A stretch of DNA of 32,000 nt from positions 1 through 32,000 of the forward strand of contig NZ_JADEXU010000074.1 in assembly GCF_015206895.1 (NCBI RefSeq), in the 5' to 3' direction. A program made the position numbers and the translations under genes. Position 1 is the stretch's first letter. Each line of letters begins with the position of its first letter. This DNA comes from Nostoc sp. LEGE 12450 (GTDB lineage: Bacteria > Cyanobacteriota > Cyanobacteriia > Cyanobacteriales > Nostocaceae). The notes beneath the pieces are model-generated. The model did not search any database, was not told where the DNA came from, and saw only the letters and a program-made list of their open reading frames with translations. Below, in pieces: positions 1 through 9,053 of this stretch.

Positions 1-336
1 TTGACTCATCCTGAATCTCCCTAGCAGCAGCCAGAGCCTCGCTTAACAACTCTGGTGGCAATTTATCAGCCAAACTACTTAGGGCTTCGGCGCGACTTGA
101 CTCATCCTGAATCTCCCTAGCAGCAGCCAGAGCCTCGCTTAACAACTCTGGTGGCAATTTATCAGCCAAACTACTTAGGGCTTCGGCGCGACTTGACTCA
201 TCCTGAATCTCCCTAGCAGCAGCTAGTGCCTCGCTGAACAAATCAGGCAATTTATCAGCCAAACGATTTAGGGCTAAGGCGCGATAATACTTATCCTGAA
301 TCTCCCTAGCAGCAGCCAGTGCTTTTGAGAGTCCTA
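1..336. repeat. 96-nt tandem coding repeats (32-aa units) in the sensor domain of NLR-like locus B
   Basis: Positions 1-96 and 97-192 appear identical base for base. 193-288 is a diverged copy, and a fourth degenerate copy follows. The period is a multiple of 3 and in frame with the minus-strand ORF. Confidence 0.9.
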
Positions 337-1957
337 GTTGTTTTAGGTTTGGTGGCAGGTGATTGACTAGCTCTGTAAGCAAGTGTGCTTTATTTTGTGG
401 ATTCGAGCTTTGTAGCACGTAAGCTAGTCCTTGCTCAGGAGTCCAGACACTTTTTTGAACTAACGCAATCAACAGTTCTACTGGTAAATTAGCTGCCAGA
501 CTATTAAGGGATGCAATAATCAAAGCATAGCGACACTGTAAGCCAATAACTTGAGGCAGGGTTGTAAGAGTCCAAGAGCCTTCTGCCAATTGCCAAGCAC
601 GAGCAACATCAGTTACAAAGTTGGCAGTTTGTCCCAAGCGATCGCACGCTTTATACCAACCATTACCTCCTGTTTTTGACTCTTCACGCAATAAGGAGTG
701 AATCTCTTCTACTTGTTCAGCCTTTTCCAAATGCCAGACTAGACGTTGGTGGATATAACCGTCATTAGGGAGGGTATGCCAGAGATTTTTATCGGTTAAT
801 TTTTGGTACTTCTCTAAGAATTTGGTATGAGCTTGAGGCAGAGTTATACCTAATCCTGGTAGATTACCAAAGCGCTTCGGGTTTAGTGGAGCAGTTAACA
901 AATTACATGCAAGGTCATGAAATAAGTCATGTAAACGATAGGTTGGTGTTCCATCTATTAAAGGGACACCAGACAATAACAGTGCTTTAGAGTGCAAGTA
1001 GCCCAACTCATCTGCTGCATCCCGCTCATGATCCATATCCCACAGCATTACAGTCATTTGCTGAGTAATAGTTACATCCTCGGGTAATATTCCCAGCCAG
1101 ATGAAATTTTCTCGCGTAACGGGAGCTAATCGCTGGACACTCAAATTTAATGATGCAGTTAAACTGAGTTTTTTTAAGCTTGCTTCATCCGCCGCATCTC
1201 TAGCTGATTTATTATCTAATGTTTTTAAGCGGGCTACCTCTTGCTGCATATCCTGCACAAGAACTGTCCAAGGAGTACCATCACCAACTTGGGCAGCGGC
1301 TAGTTCCAATGCCAAAGGCAAGTAACCAAGCTCTCTTGCTAAAGCTTCTGCCGACTGAGTTTCTGTGTCAGTGAGGTCACGTCCTAATTTCTTAGTCAGC
1401 AGTTCCATCGCTTGGGATGGCTGCATCACATCCAGAGAATACGAGATGGCTCCGAGAACTTGGGCGATTCCTGCTTCGCGTGTTGTTACCAAAACTTGAC
1501 AACGCGCTCCACCAACATTAAATGCTTGTGCATCCTTTGTATCCCAAGCATCGTCTACTACTACCAGCACAGCTTTGTCATACAGCAGTGTACGCAGTTG
1601 ATTGGAAGCACCTTCTACGCTAGTAGCTTTAAAGTTGTTGTCCCCTAATACCTGTACCCAATCACTAAGCAGGGATAGAAGATGAGGCTGCTGACCTAAT
1701 GTTGCCCAGAGAATCCCATCACAAAAATGAGCTTGCACCTCTTGATCGTGCGCTAAAGCCATTGCGAGGGTTGATTTCCCAACAGAACCCAAGCCGTGAA
1801 TGGCAGTCACAACCAAAGTACGGACATCATTTGACTGTGCAAGCAGCCGAGTTTTTAAGTCTTGGCTATATTCGGGACGGTCAACGTAATAACTTGGCAG
1901 TGGTGGTGCTTGGAAAGGTTTTTTTAACTTTACCCATTCCCCAACGGGCGGCTGTAG
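1..1957 (-). CDS. NB-ARC (STAND) NTPase with C-terminal 32-aa HEAT/ARM-like repeats (NLR-like locus B body). The 3' end runs off the left edge, and the 5' end abuts the in-frame TGA at 1958-1960.
   Basis: I translated the minus strand by hand in the frame of the 1958-1960 stop. It is open for all ~652 codons down to position 2. It is absent from the ORF track because it has no stop in the window and no early start. Motifs: YVDRPEYSQDLKTRLL (pre-P-loop), Walker A GLGSVGKST, Walker B VLVVVDDAWD, VLVTTRE, and GYLPLALE (GLPL-type). The C-terminus is repeats of SRAEALSSLADKLPPELLSEALAAAREIQDES. The first canonical in-frame start after the TGA is TTG 1816 or GTG 1810, only ~8-10 codons before the P-loop. 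Confidence 0.8.
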
Positions 1958-2389
1958 TCAGGTGTTGTTAAATGTAATATTGTGACCACTGCCACCCTGA
2001 ATTACTGGCGCATTGGTGTTGTTAGCATTATTCTGTTGTCCTTCTCCACCATAGACATTCTGAAGATTTTGACCTTGAATCTGACCAATATTTATTTCTT
2101 GCTGAATCTCATGAGCCAGTTTCTGTATCTCTTGGGCAAAATTCGGGTCAGATTTCATCACTGGCTGTAAGTAAGCAGCAAGTTTTTCTAAATCTGGCTT
2201 AGACCCTTTTTCTGCTGAAGCAAACGCTGCTTCAGCCTCTTGGTTTCCATGAATCTTGTTCCAAATCTTGTCACGCAGCACTTTTATTTTGGCAAGAGTT
2301 GCTTCTGTGAATTTCTCAATTGTTTTCTCAAAAGCTTTAGTGAAAGCAAGAGTTGCGATTACACCAGCAGTAAGCGGTTCCATGTACAA
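1958..2389 (-). CDS. Small helical protein (143 aa) with an N-terminal hydrophobic helix (MYMEPLTAGVIATLAFTKAF) and a G/N/Q-rich tail. Candidate HeLo/Bell-like or effector-associated N-terminal module of NLR-like locus B (terminated form).
   Basis: ORF track. It is a paralog of 11300-11773, sharing the MEPLTAG start, a DP(N/E) helix and a GGE/GSG-NI tail. It ends at a TGA that is in frame with the downstream NB-ARC ORF. Confidence 0.75.
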   Translation of the reverse strand: MYMEPLTAGVIATLAFTKAFEKTIEKFTEATLAKIKVLRDKIWNKIHGNQEAEAAFASAEKGSKPDLEKLAAYLQPVMKSDPNFAQEIQKLAHEIQQEINIGQIQGQNLQNVYGGEGQQNNANNTNAPVIQGGSGHNITFNNT

Positions 2390-2738
2390 CCTTCTAAGCG
2401 CAGGATTCTATCTATTTATTACCACACTTTCTCTGTTTTCAATTCCGCACTACACGATTGGGCTATTACGTGGAATACAAGCCTCAAAGTCTCTCGATTC
2501 ATTGATGTCTCCAATGCAATCGCCTGCCTAAGAGAAAAAGCCAATGTCGAGGAGAAGTAACGTGGTCAGTGGGAAAACAAAGAAAATTTAAATAACTAGA
2601 AGAAACGTTTTTCCTAACCCAGGTAAAGAGAAATAGACGTTTGTAGTATTTTTTACAAATTTGGATTTAATTATTTTTACGATATAAAATTAGCCAAACC
2701 CTAAATTATAACTTTAATTATCCAATTCAATATTTACT

Positions 2739-3086
2739 ATGAATGCCGCTACAATCATAAACTATACTTTGGCAAAATATAAATCAAATCCTATTGATGA
2801 ATACTATTTAACTATAGAAGATGCAATGCAAAGATATCAGGCTAATCCTCCTGACGAGGTTAGTATCAATATGAAAGATACAAACTATATATCTAAACAT
2901 GAAAATCTGAGAATATATAAAACTTATCCTTTCGAGAAAGATAGAGCAATCACTTTAGAGGATTTATTATATAAATTCTTTAGGTGTCCTAATAACATAA
3001 CTTCTGAGAATATGAAACAAGCATTAAAAAAATATAAAGATGAATCTGTAAGCACTCCTAATATCATAGAGACATTTGATATCTAA
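2739..3086 (+). CDS. Hypothetical protein (115 aa) in an AT-rich patch
   Basis: ORF only. I recognise no motif. It lies in a low-GC intergenic-like stretch (about 2560-3490). Confidence 0.35.
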   Translation: MNAATIINYTLAKYKSNPIDEYYLTIEDAMQRYQANPPDEVSINMKDTNYISKHENLRIYKTYPFEKDRAITLEDLLYKFFRCPNNITSENMKQALKKYKDESVSTPNIIETFDI

Positions 3087-3493
3087 TAATTAGTAAATGG
3101 GTTTATATGGGACTAACTGAGTAGTGCAGACAAAAAGTGGAAACTGAACCCCCGCAAATTTTTCAGCTATTGCATTCTCCCTTGAATATCAGGAAATAGG
3201 AGTTATGGCAACATCTCTAAGTAATGGGCTAACAAAGAATATTTAGGTTCTTCATTACTTGTTATGCTAAAAATATCTATAAATTAGCTCATATCCCTTA
3301 CTGGGCAAGAAATACAGCTTTTAATCTTGACGTTTGAGTTTTTGAGATAAAATCTAGGTTCTAACTGCCTGAAACCCTTGATTTTAAAGCGAAATCCCTA
3401 ACTTTAGTTTGAAAAACACCTACGGAGGAGCCAATATTTATCCCAGTAATTAACTTTAGTTTATCCCTGCCTTGAAACCTTATTTCTTACAAC

Positions 3494-5161
3494 CTACTTA
3501 TATTCTGCAAACCATTCACACTGATTGCACCGCCATTTTAGCGCCTCTTTTTTAGGCAGATAAGATGAAAATTTAGGCAATTGCAAATATTTACTATCAA
3601 TTTCGCTATAGGAAGTACGCCGCAAACTAGGAGCAAGGTGTACCTGCATTGTCTCAGGGTTAATAGCAATTAGATTAAGGTCAAATAGTGTATGTATATC
3701 TGCCCGTAGGAGCAATCCATTTGAGGGGTGATTATTTTCAGTCTCAGTATAAGGAATGATGTGGGCAGCTTCCAAGGCTTCTTGTGCATCACATCCGGTG
3801 ATAGCACAGCGATAATTGTAGGCTTCGAGCAAACTTTGACGAAACTGAGGTTGTCCTTGCCGTCGAGCAATAGATATAGTGATTCGCTCTCTAGCTTGCT
3901 TTATACTTTTTGGATTGAAAAACCCGTCAGCCTCAATAACCGCAGTAAGCTCATTTATCTCTGCTAATTGATTGTGGTCAATCTTTTCTGAAATTCTCTG
4001 AATGTTTTGTTTATTAGTGTCTTCAACACGGTTATTTAAAATCGGTGGGTTAGCAGCAGACTTGTTTGTAGTTTCTACTTCTGTTGAGCTATCATTAACA
4101 GTTTCAGGGATTTCCTGAATGTCCTCAAGAATTGCATCTTTATCAGTAACATTGAAAGACTGGATGAGGTTCAGTGACTGCTGATAATATTCAACCCATC
4201 CACCTTGCTGATAAAGAGCAGCAGCTTTCTCTAAATCCTCAATGGCTCCTAGTTTATCACCTAATTGATAGCGGGCAAGACCACGGTATTCGTATACGTC
4301 AGGATATTTATCAGCAATCTTAATCGCATGGTTGTAATCTTCAATAGCTCTTTGATAATTTCTCAATTCATTGTAAGCATTGCCTCGGTTAATATAGTCA
4401 ACAGCATTGTTATAATCATTTTTATAAAAAGAAATTTCTTTACTGTAATCCTCAATCGCTCCCTCATAATCTCCCAGATTATAGCGAGCATTTCCGCGAT
4501 TGTTGTAGGTTGAGCAGTATCTAATCCGACTAGGATCTTTTTGAATTGCTGTGTTGTAATCCTTAATGGCTCCTTGATAATCTCCTAAATTAGCGCGTGC
4601 ATAGCCAAGGTCACTGTATAACTCAGCCCAATTGTAATAACCACAAAAATTACTAGGTGTTAGCTGAATTGCCTGTTCGTAATCCTTAATAGCCCCCTCA
4701 TAATCTCCCAATTCACTACGGGCTTGACCCCGTTGATAGTAAGCAGAGGGATAGTCAGGGTCAAGCTGAATTGACCTATCAGCATCTTCAAATGCTCCTT
4801 GGTAATTGCTCTGCTGGTAGTGCAATTCTGCTCGTAAATAATATGCAGAAGCATAGTTTGGATCTAGCTCAATCGCCTTGTTGTAATCCTCTATTGCTCC
4901 TTTATAATTTCTCAAGTTTCTGCGTTCCTGACCTCGCATACAATAAGCACTATCATCATTTGGATTTATGCAAATTGCTTGAGTATAATCCTCTATTGCT
5001 CCTTGATAGTCCCTTAGTAAATTACGAACGCTAGCTCGTTCTTTATAAGCATTAGCATCATTTCTATTTACCCGGATTTCTCTAGTCCAATATGTAAAAT
5101 CGCATTGTAATCTATTTTCATGACTCAAATCGTTTGGCAAAGCTTGATTATAATCTTCCAT
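3494..5161 (-). CDS. TPR-repeat protein fused to a C-terminal HNH endonuclease (HNH_2-like) domain
   Basis: The N-terminal ~330 aa are 34-aa TPR units (YQGAIEDYxxAIxLDPxxAxAYxxRG pattern). The C-terminus reads RRQGQPQFRQSLLEAYNYRCAITGCDAQEALEAAHIIPY...NGLLLRADIHTLFDLNLIAI, which is typical of the HNH_2 restriction-endonuclease-like family. Confidence 0.85.
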   Translation of the reverse strand: MEDYNQALPNDLSHENRLQCDFTYWTREIRVNRNDANAYKERASVRNLLRDYQGAIEDYTQAICINPNDDSAYCMRGQERRNLRNYKGAIEDYNKAIELDPNYASAYYLRAELHYQQSNYQGAFEDADRSIQLDPDYPSAYYQRGQARSELGDYEGAIKDYEQAIQLTPSNFCGYYNWAELYSDLGYARANLGDYQGAIKDYNTAIQKDPSRIRYCSTYNNRGNARYNLGDYEGAIEDYSKEISFYKNDYNNAVDYINRGNAYNELRNYQRAIEDYNHAIKIADKYPDVYEYRGLARYQLGDKLGAIEDLEKAAALYQQGGWVEYYQQSLNLIQSFNVTDKDAILEDIQEIPETVNDSSTEVETTNKSAANPPILNNRVEDTNKQNIQRISEKIDHNQLAEINELTAVIEADGFFNPKSIKQARERITISIARRQGQPQFRQSLLEAYNYRCAITGCDAQEALEAAHIIPYTETENNHPSNGLLLRADIHTLFDLNLIAINPETMQVHLAPSLRRTSYSEIDSKYLQLPKFSSYLPKKEALKWRCNQCEWFAEYK

Positions 5162-5311
5162 ATTTCTTTAAAAGCGAAGTTTTAAGATGTTATTTAAAAT
5201 GGCTTTTTCAACAAAATGCAAATCTGTTGTTTGAGCTTAACAATCGCATCCACAGTAGTAACTGGGCTGTGGTGTATGGGACGGTCTATCCATAGGATTC
5301 CCACAATCCAA

Positions 5312-5438
5312 GCAACTCTTAACAAATAGGCGGCGAAGCGGAGTGTCTGCCGCTGCCTGCAACAATCTGGGTAGCTCAACGAGTGGATTTGTGGCAGTGG
5401 CAGACACCGACTATTTGAGCGAAGCGGTTAAGAGTTGC
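5312..5438. repeat. Long imperfect inverted repeat (cruciform or ssDNA/RNA stem) carrying two GCGAAGC mini-hairpin motifs
   Basis: The outer arms 5312-5323 (gcaactcttaac) and 5427-5438 (gttaagagttgc) are perfect over 12 bp. The inner arms 5343-5357 and 5393-5407 match 14/15, with one G-T pair. aaatag (5324-5329) pairs with ctattt (5411-5416). GCGAAGC occurs at 5333-5339 and 5419-5425 in the two bulges. Confidence 0.7.
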
Positions 5439-5446
5439 GCCATCAG

Positions 5447-8236
5447 CTAGAGAGACATCCCTTTACCCTGTCTTCTTTCTTGTCGAAGAGCCTCTTCTCT
5501 TATTTCTTGCAATACACGCTCTGCTTTTTGCCAAAGCTGAATATCTTCTCTTTCTACTGACCCAATAGAAATCGGGGAATACTCAAGCTCACCTGACTGG
5601 TTTCGGTTGACTGCCACTCGAAAAATCTCACCTCGTTCATCATGGGTAAAGACCAGTTCTCTCCCCTGTTTCTCCAGAGTGGCACGTTTGAATCTAAGGC
5701 TATTTGAGCCAGTTTCTCTTAATTGCCAGTTGATTAATTCAACAGCAATAGGCACAGCCATCGCTAAGAATTCCGATTCTTTATGCTGCTTTTCATCGAG
5801 TGACTGTTCTGGTTCTGACTTTTGAGTTGCCAGTTGATTGCTAGCGATAAGTACTAATTCTCTGGCTTCATCTTGTGTCCATCCGGCTGGACTGGCAAAG
5901 ATAATTTCTTCAACATCTTGGGGTGACTTATTATCTAATAGCGCCCGTATAGCAATTTCTTTATCTCGGTCAGTCACTAATAAGTTTTGCAAGTCTGCGC
6001 TGTAATACTGATATAACTCGGCTGAAAGATTATCTTTTAACTTTGGTTCATCTGTGGTTATAGTTGGAGTTTGATTAAGAGCAATTGCGTCTACTGTTGT
6101 TTGCGATCTATGCAGTTGCTCCAAATAAACAATCGCTGCTTCCAGGTCGTCGAATATGGTTCTTCCGGCTGATAGCTGCTGCTGATTTTGAGAAAGTTGT
6201 TGTGTTAATTCTAATACTGTTTGGGTTAAAGCAGACTCGATAGCTGATTGCTCAATATAATCAAAGATTGATGAAATAGCTTTGTTTTCTGCGTGAGATT
6301 GCAACTCAGCCGTAACTGCTTCATCAAAGTCACTGAATGTAGTTTTAGCTGCAACTAGTTGTTGATGATATTGAGAAACTTGCTCTGTTAACCCTAATAC
6401 TGCTTGGCTTAAAGCTGACTCGATAGCTGATTGCTCAATATAATCAAAGATTGATGAAATGGCTTTCTGATCTGCATGGGATTGCAACTCAGCCGTCAAT
6501 GCTTCATCAAAGTCATTGAATGTAGTTTTATCTTTAACTAGTTGCTCTTTGTATTGAGACAGTTGCTCTGTTAATCCTAATACTGTTTCAGTTAAAGCTG
6601 ACTCGATAGTTGATTGCTCAATATAATCAAAGATTGATAAAATAGCTCTCTTCTCTGCATGAGATTGTAACTCAGCCGTCAATGCTGTTTCAAAGTCATT
6701 GAATGTAGTTTTCGCTTCAAGTAGCTGCTGATGATATTGAGAAACTTGCTGTGTTAATCCTAATACTGCTTGGCTTAAAGCTGACTCGATAGCTGATTGC
6801 TCAATATAATCAAAGATTGATAAAATGGCTTTCTGATCTGCATGGGATTGCAACTCAGCCGTAAATGCTTCATCAAAGTCATTGAATGTAGTTTTATCTT
6901 TAACTAGTTGCTGCCGATATTGAGATAGTTGCTCTGTTAATCTTAATACTGTTTCAGTTAAAGCTGACTCGATAGCTGATTGCTCAATATAATCAGAGAT
7001 TGACAAAATTGCTTTCTTCTCTGCGTGGGATTGCAACTCAGCCGTAAATGCTTCATCAAAGTCATTGAATGCAGTTTTAGCTCGAAAGAGTTGTTGCCGA
7101 TAAATAGATAGTTGTTCTGTTAATTGTGGCAACGTTTCAGCCAAGGCATCATCAACTACTGACTGTTCAATAAAGTCAGAGATTGCATCCACTGCTCTTT
7201 GTGATGATAGTCGTTGCTCTTTATTAACAATCGCGGCTCCCAGGTCGTCAAATGCGGTTTTTTCTGCTTCTTGCTGCTGCTGATACGCGGACAGTTGTTC
7301 TGTTAATTGTGGTAAAGTTTCAACCAAGGCATCATCAACTACTGACTGTTCGATAAAGTCAGCGATTATATTTATAAATCTTTGGCTCTCCACTGCTTGC
7401 TCTTTAGGATTCTTCAACAGATTCTCAATAAGCTCATCATCCCGTTGGGGCTGGTAGTCAATCCCCTTATGTTTTTGTAAACCTGGGAATGTGTAGGCAG
7501 GCCCCAAAGATGTGCCGCTAAATTTCTGGTCATTCCAAGAGTACGAAATGCCCTTACTTTTACCGTTGCGTGTTAAGCCATGACGAACTTCTACACCTTG
7601 TAGTTGCAACCGCTCAACCAGTTGGGGCATAGTTAGTTTATCTATTGTGGCGCGGTCGATTAGTTCCTGGAGTTGTTGCTTAATAGGGCGTTCTTGTGGT
7701 GTAAGGCGCTCACCATTGATATATTCAGAGTGTTCTCTTTCTAGCCGTTTTTGTTGTCCAATACTGGGATTACGCGATAATTTCTCATGACTGCTCTGGG
7801 TTTGTTGTAAACCATAATCTCGTTCTAGCTGCCGAATAATGGTTTCGCTACGCTTGTAATCCCAGCTATCATGTACAATCTTCCCGTTATCTAACCGAAT
7901 GCGGCTGGCGCAGATATGGATATGGTCATGCTCTGTGTTGCTATGTCTGTAAACAACGTACTGGTTACTGTCAAAGCCCATCTCTTCGAGATAGCGGTTA
8001 GCAAGTTCGTTCCAGGTTGGTTCGTCTAGTCGCTCGTTGTCTGGTAGTGATAATGATGCGTGATACACTACACGGTCAGCTTCTGGGTTTAGTTGTCGGG
8101 AAATTTTGAATTCTCTGGCCAGGGCACGGGCGTTATTGCCGCCCATATTGCCACCAATGAGTTTGGCATCTTTCTGAGACTCCAAATAATTCAGCAGTCC
8201 GCGAAACCCTCGCCCTTTAGTCTGGTTGCCAATCAT
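5447..8236 (-). CDS. Mobilisation relaxase (MobA/VirD2-type N-terminal domain) with a long internal 61-aa tandem-repeat region
   Basis: The N-terminus reads GRGFRGLLNYLE..., then VVYHASLSLP, then the histidine triad HSNTEHDHIHICASRI (HxDxxxHxH type). It overlaps the upstream MobC-like gene by 20 nt. Confidence 0.9.
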   Translation of the reverse strand: MIGNQTKGRGFRGLLNYLESQKDAKLIGGNMGGNNARALAREFKISRQLNPEADRVVYHASLSLPDNERLDEPTWNELANRYLEEMGFDSNQYVVYRHSNTEHDHIHICASRIRLDNGKIVHDSWDYKRSETIIRQLERDYGLQQTQSSHEKLSRNPSIGQQKRLEREHSEYINGERLTPQERPIKQQLQELIDRATIDKLTMPQLVERLQLQGVEVRHGLTRNGKSKGISYSWNDQKFSGTSLGPAYTFPGLQKHKGIDYQPQRDDELIENLLKNPKEQAVESQRFINIIADFIEQSVVDDALVETLPQLTEQLSAYQQQQEAEKTAFDDLGAAIVNKEQRLSSQRAVDAISDFIEQSVVDDALAETLPQLTEQLSIYRQQLFRAKTAFNDFDEAFTAELQSHAEKKAILSISDYIEQSAIESALTETVLRLTEQLSQYRQQLVKDKTTFNDFDEAFTAELQSHADQKAILSIFDYIEQSAIESALSQAVLGLTQQVSQYHQQLLEAKTTFNDFETALTAELQSHAEKRAILSIFDYIEQSTIESALTETVLGLTEQLSQYKEQLVKDKTTFNDFDEALTAELQSHADQKAISSIFDYIEQSAIESALSQAVLGLTEQVSQYHQQLVAAKTTFSDFDEAVTAELQSHAENKAISSIFDYIEQSAIESALTQTVLELTQQLSQNQQQLSAGRTIFDDLEAAIVYLEQLHRSQTTVDAIALNQTPTITTDEPKLKDNLSAELYQYYSADLQNLLVTDRDKEIAIRALLDNKSPQDVEEIIFASPAGWTQDEARELVLIASNQLATQKSEPEQSLDEKQHKESEFLAMAVPIAVELINWQLRETGSNSLRFKRATLEKQGRELVFTHDERGEIFRVAVNRNQSGELEYSPISIGSVEREDIQLWQKAERVLQEIREEALRQERRQGKGMSL
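6104..7385. repeat. Seven 183-nt (61-aa) tandem repeats inside the relaxase gene
   Basis: The anchor gattgctcaatataatc recurs at 6246, 6429, 6612, 6795 and 6978, with diverged copies at 7161 and 7344. The period is exactly 183. The protein units resemble AILSIFDYIEQSAIESALTETVLGLTEQLSQYRQQLVKDKTTFNDFDEAFTAELQSHADQK, with two alternating subtypes. Confidence 0.9.
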
Positions 8237-8729
8237 CTGTTTCCTCGTCCGATTCTTCGATGAAGGTATTGGCTATTTCCCGTTGGCAGTGTCGTAGCAG
8301 TTCTAGTAACTCTTGTAGAAGTTCTGGTGATGCTGGCGGTGGCAACTGCATTTTAATGGCGGTATTGGTGGCTTTGGCCAGTTGGTTGATGTTGTTGCCG
8401 ATGCGCGACAGTTCCAGGTATGTGTCTAGTGTAACTCTGCCCAGTCGCGGCGGTGGTGGTGGGATTGGTCGCAGTAACATACATCGTCTTGTCAATTCTC
8501 CCAAGCTCAAGCCCGTATCTTCTGCTTTAGAGCGAATCATCTCATATTCAATCGGGCTGAATCGCGCTTGCAACATTTTGGTGCGGACGAGTGACTGAGA
8601 AGAAGCTTTGGGCATAAGTAAAACTTGAGTTGATGCAGTTTTTGAGGGGGTTTCCAAAGTGGGGATACTTCCCCCTTTGGCAAGCCTGCCGAGTCGAGCT
8701 TTAGCGAGACAGCACGCAGTGCTAGGCAT
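8217..8729 (-). CDS. mobC: MobC-family relaxosome accessory protein. The true start is possibly ATG 8615 or 8576 rather than 8729.
   Basis: The sequence RFSPIEYEMIRSKAEDTGLSLGELTRRCML...YLELSRIGNNINQLAKATN matches the MobC pattern (RHH-like N-terminus plus GNNLNQ). It is translationally overlapped with the relaxase. The 5' 38 codons contain a strong hairpin and may be non-coding. Confidence 0.8.
   Translation of the reverse strand: MPSTACCLAKARLGRLAKGGSIPTLETPSKTASTQVLLMPKASSQSLVRTKMLQARFSPIEYEMIRSKAEDTGLSLGELTRRCMLLRPIPPPPPRLGRVTLDTYLELSRIGNNINQLAKATNTAIKMQLPPPASPELLQELLELLRHCQREIANTFIEESDEETDDWQPD
8654..8680. promoter_or_regulatory. Candidate oriT-type inverted repeat upstream of (or in the 5' extension of) mobC
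   Basis: ccaaagtgggga (8654-8665), tact, tccccctttgg (8670-8680). This gives an 11-bp stem with one bulged T and a 4-nt loop. The location is typical for an oriT IR, but I recognised no nic consensus. Confidence 0.3.
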
Positions 8730-9053
8730 GGCTTGCTCTGAACCAGTTTTTGGGGGAGGCAGAAGGACTAGGGGTACAACCCACTAGGGGACAAAGCGCG
8801 TAATCTCTGGATACCACAACCATGATATTACTAAGGAGTTAATGTAAATTACACTGTGTCAATTATTCGTGATAAGTCTGTGATTTATATTTGATTAACT
8901 GTTCGTGAGTTATCTTACACGCTATGAGTAATCAATGTTCAACCAATTACGTTAATATCTATTGCTGTTTCTTAACCAATTGTTGCATTGATAATTACCT
9001 GTCTTTAGATAGATGCTGCATATTCAAGTAAAGTTTTAAACATAAACATTAGT

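Noticed and set aside
1101-1971. Plus-strand ORFs 1101-1325, 1412-1648, 1699-1971 and 1982-2170.
   Set aside because: They lie antisense to a minus-strand frame that is open for ~652 codons and carries clear NB-ARC motifs, so they are shadow ORFs.
3338-3350. The 13-mer gtttttgagataa is shared between 3338-3350 and 27590-27602. Both copies lie downstream of minus-strand defence-type genes.
   Set aside because: It is intriguing, but both copies are in AT-rich intergenic DNA where such matches are more likely by chance. The flanks do not align, and I can assign no function without a genome-wide count.
5194-5379. 61-aa ORF on the minus strand.
   Set aside because: It overlaps the structured inverted repeat, has no motif, and its composition is atypical of coding sequence. 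It is probably non-coding.
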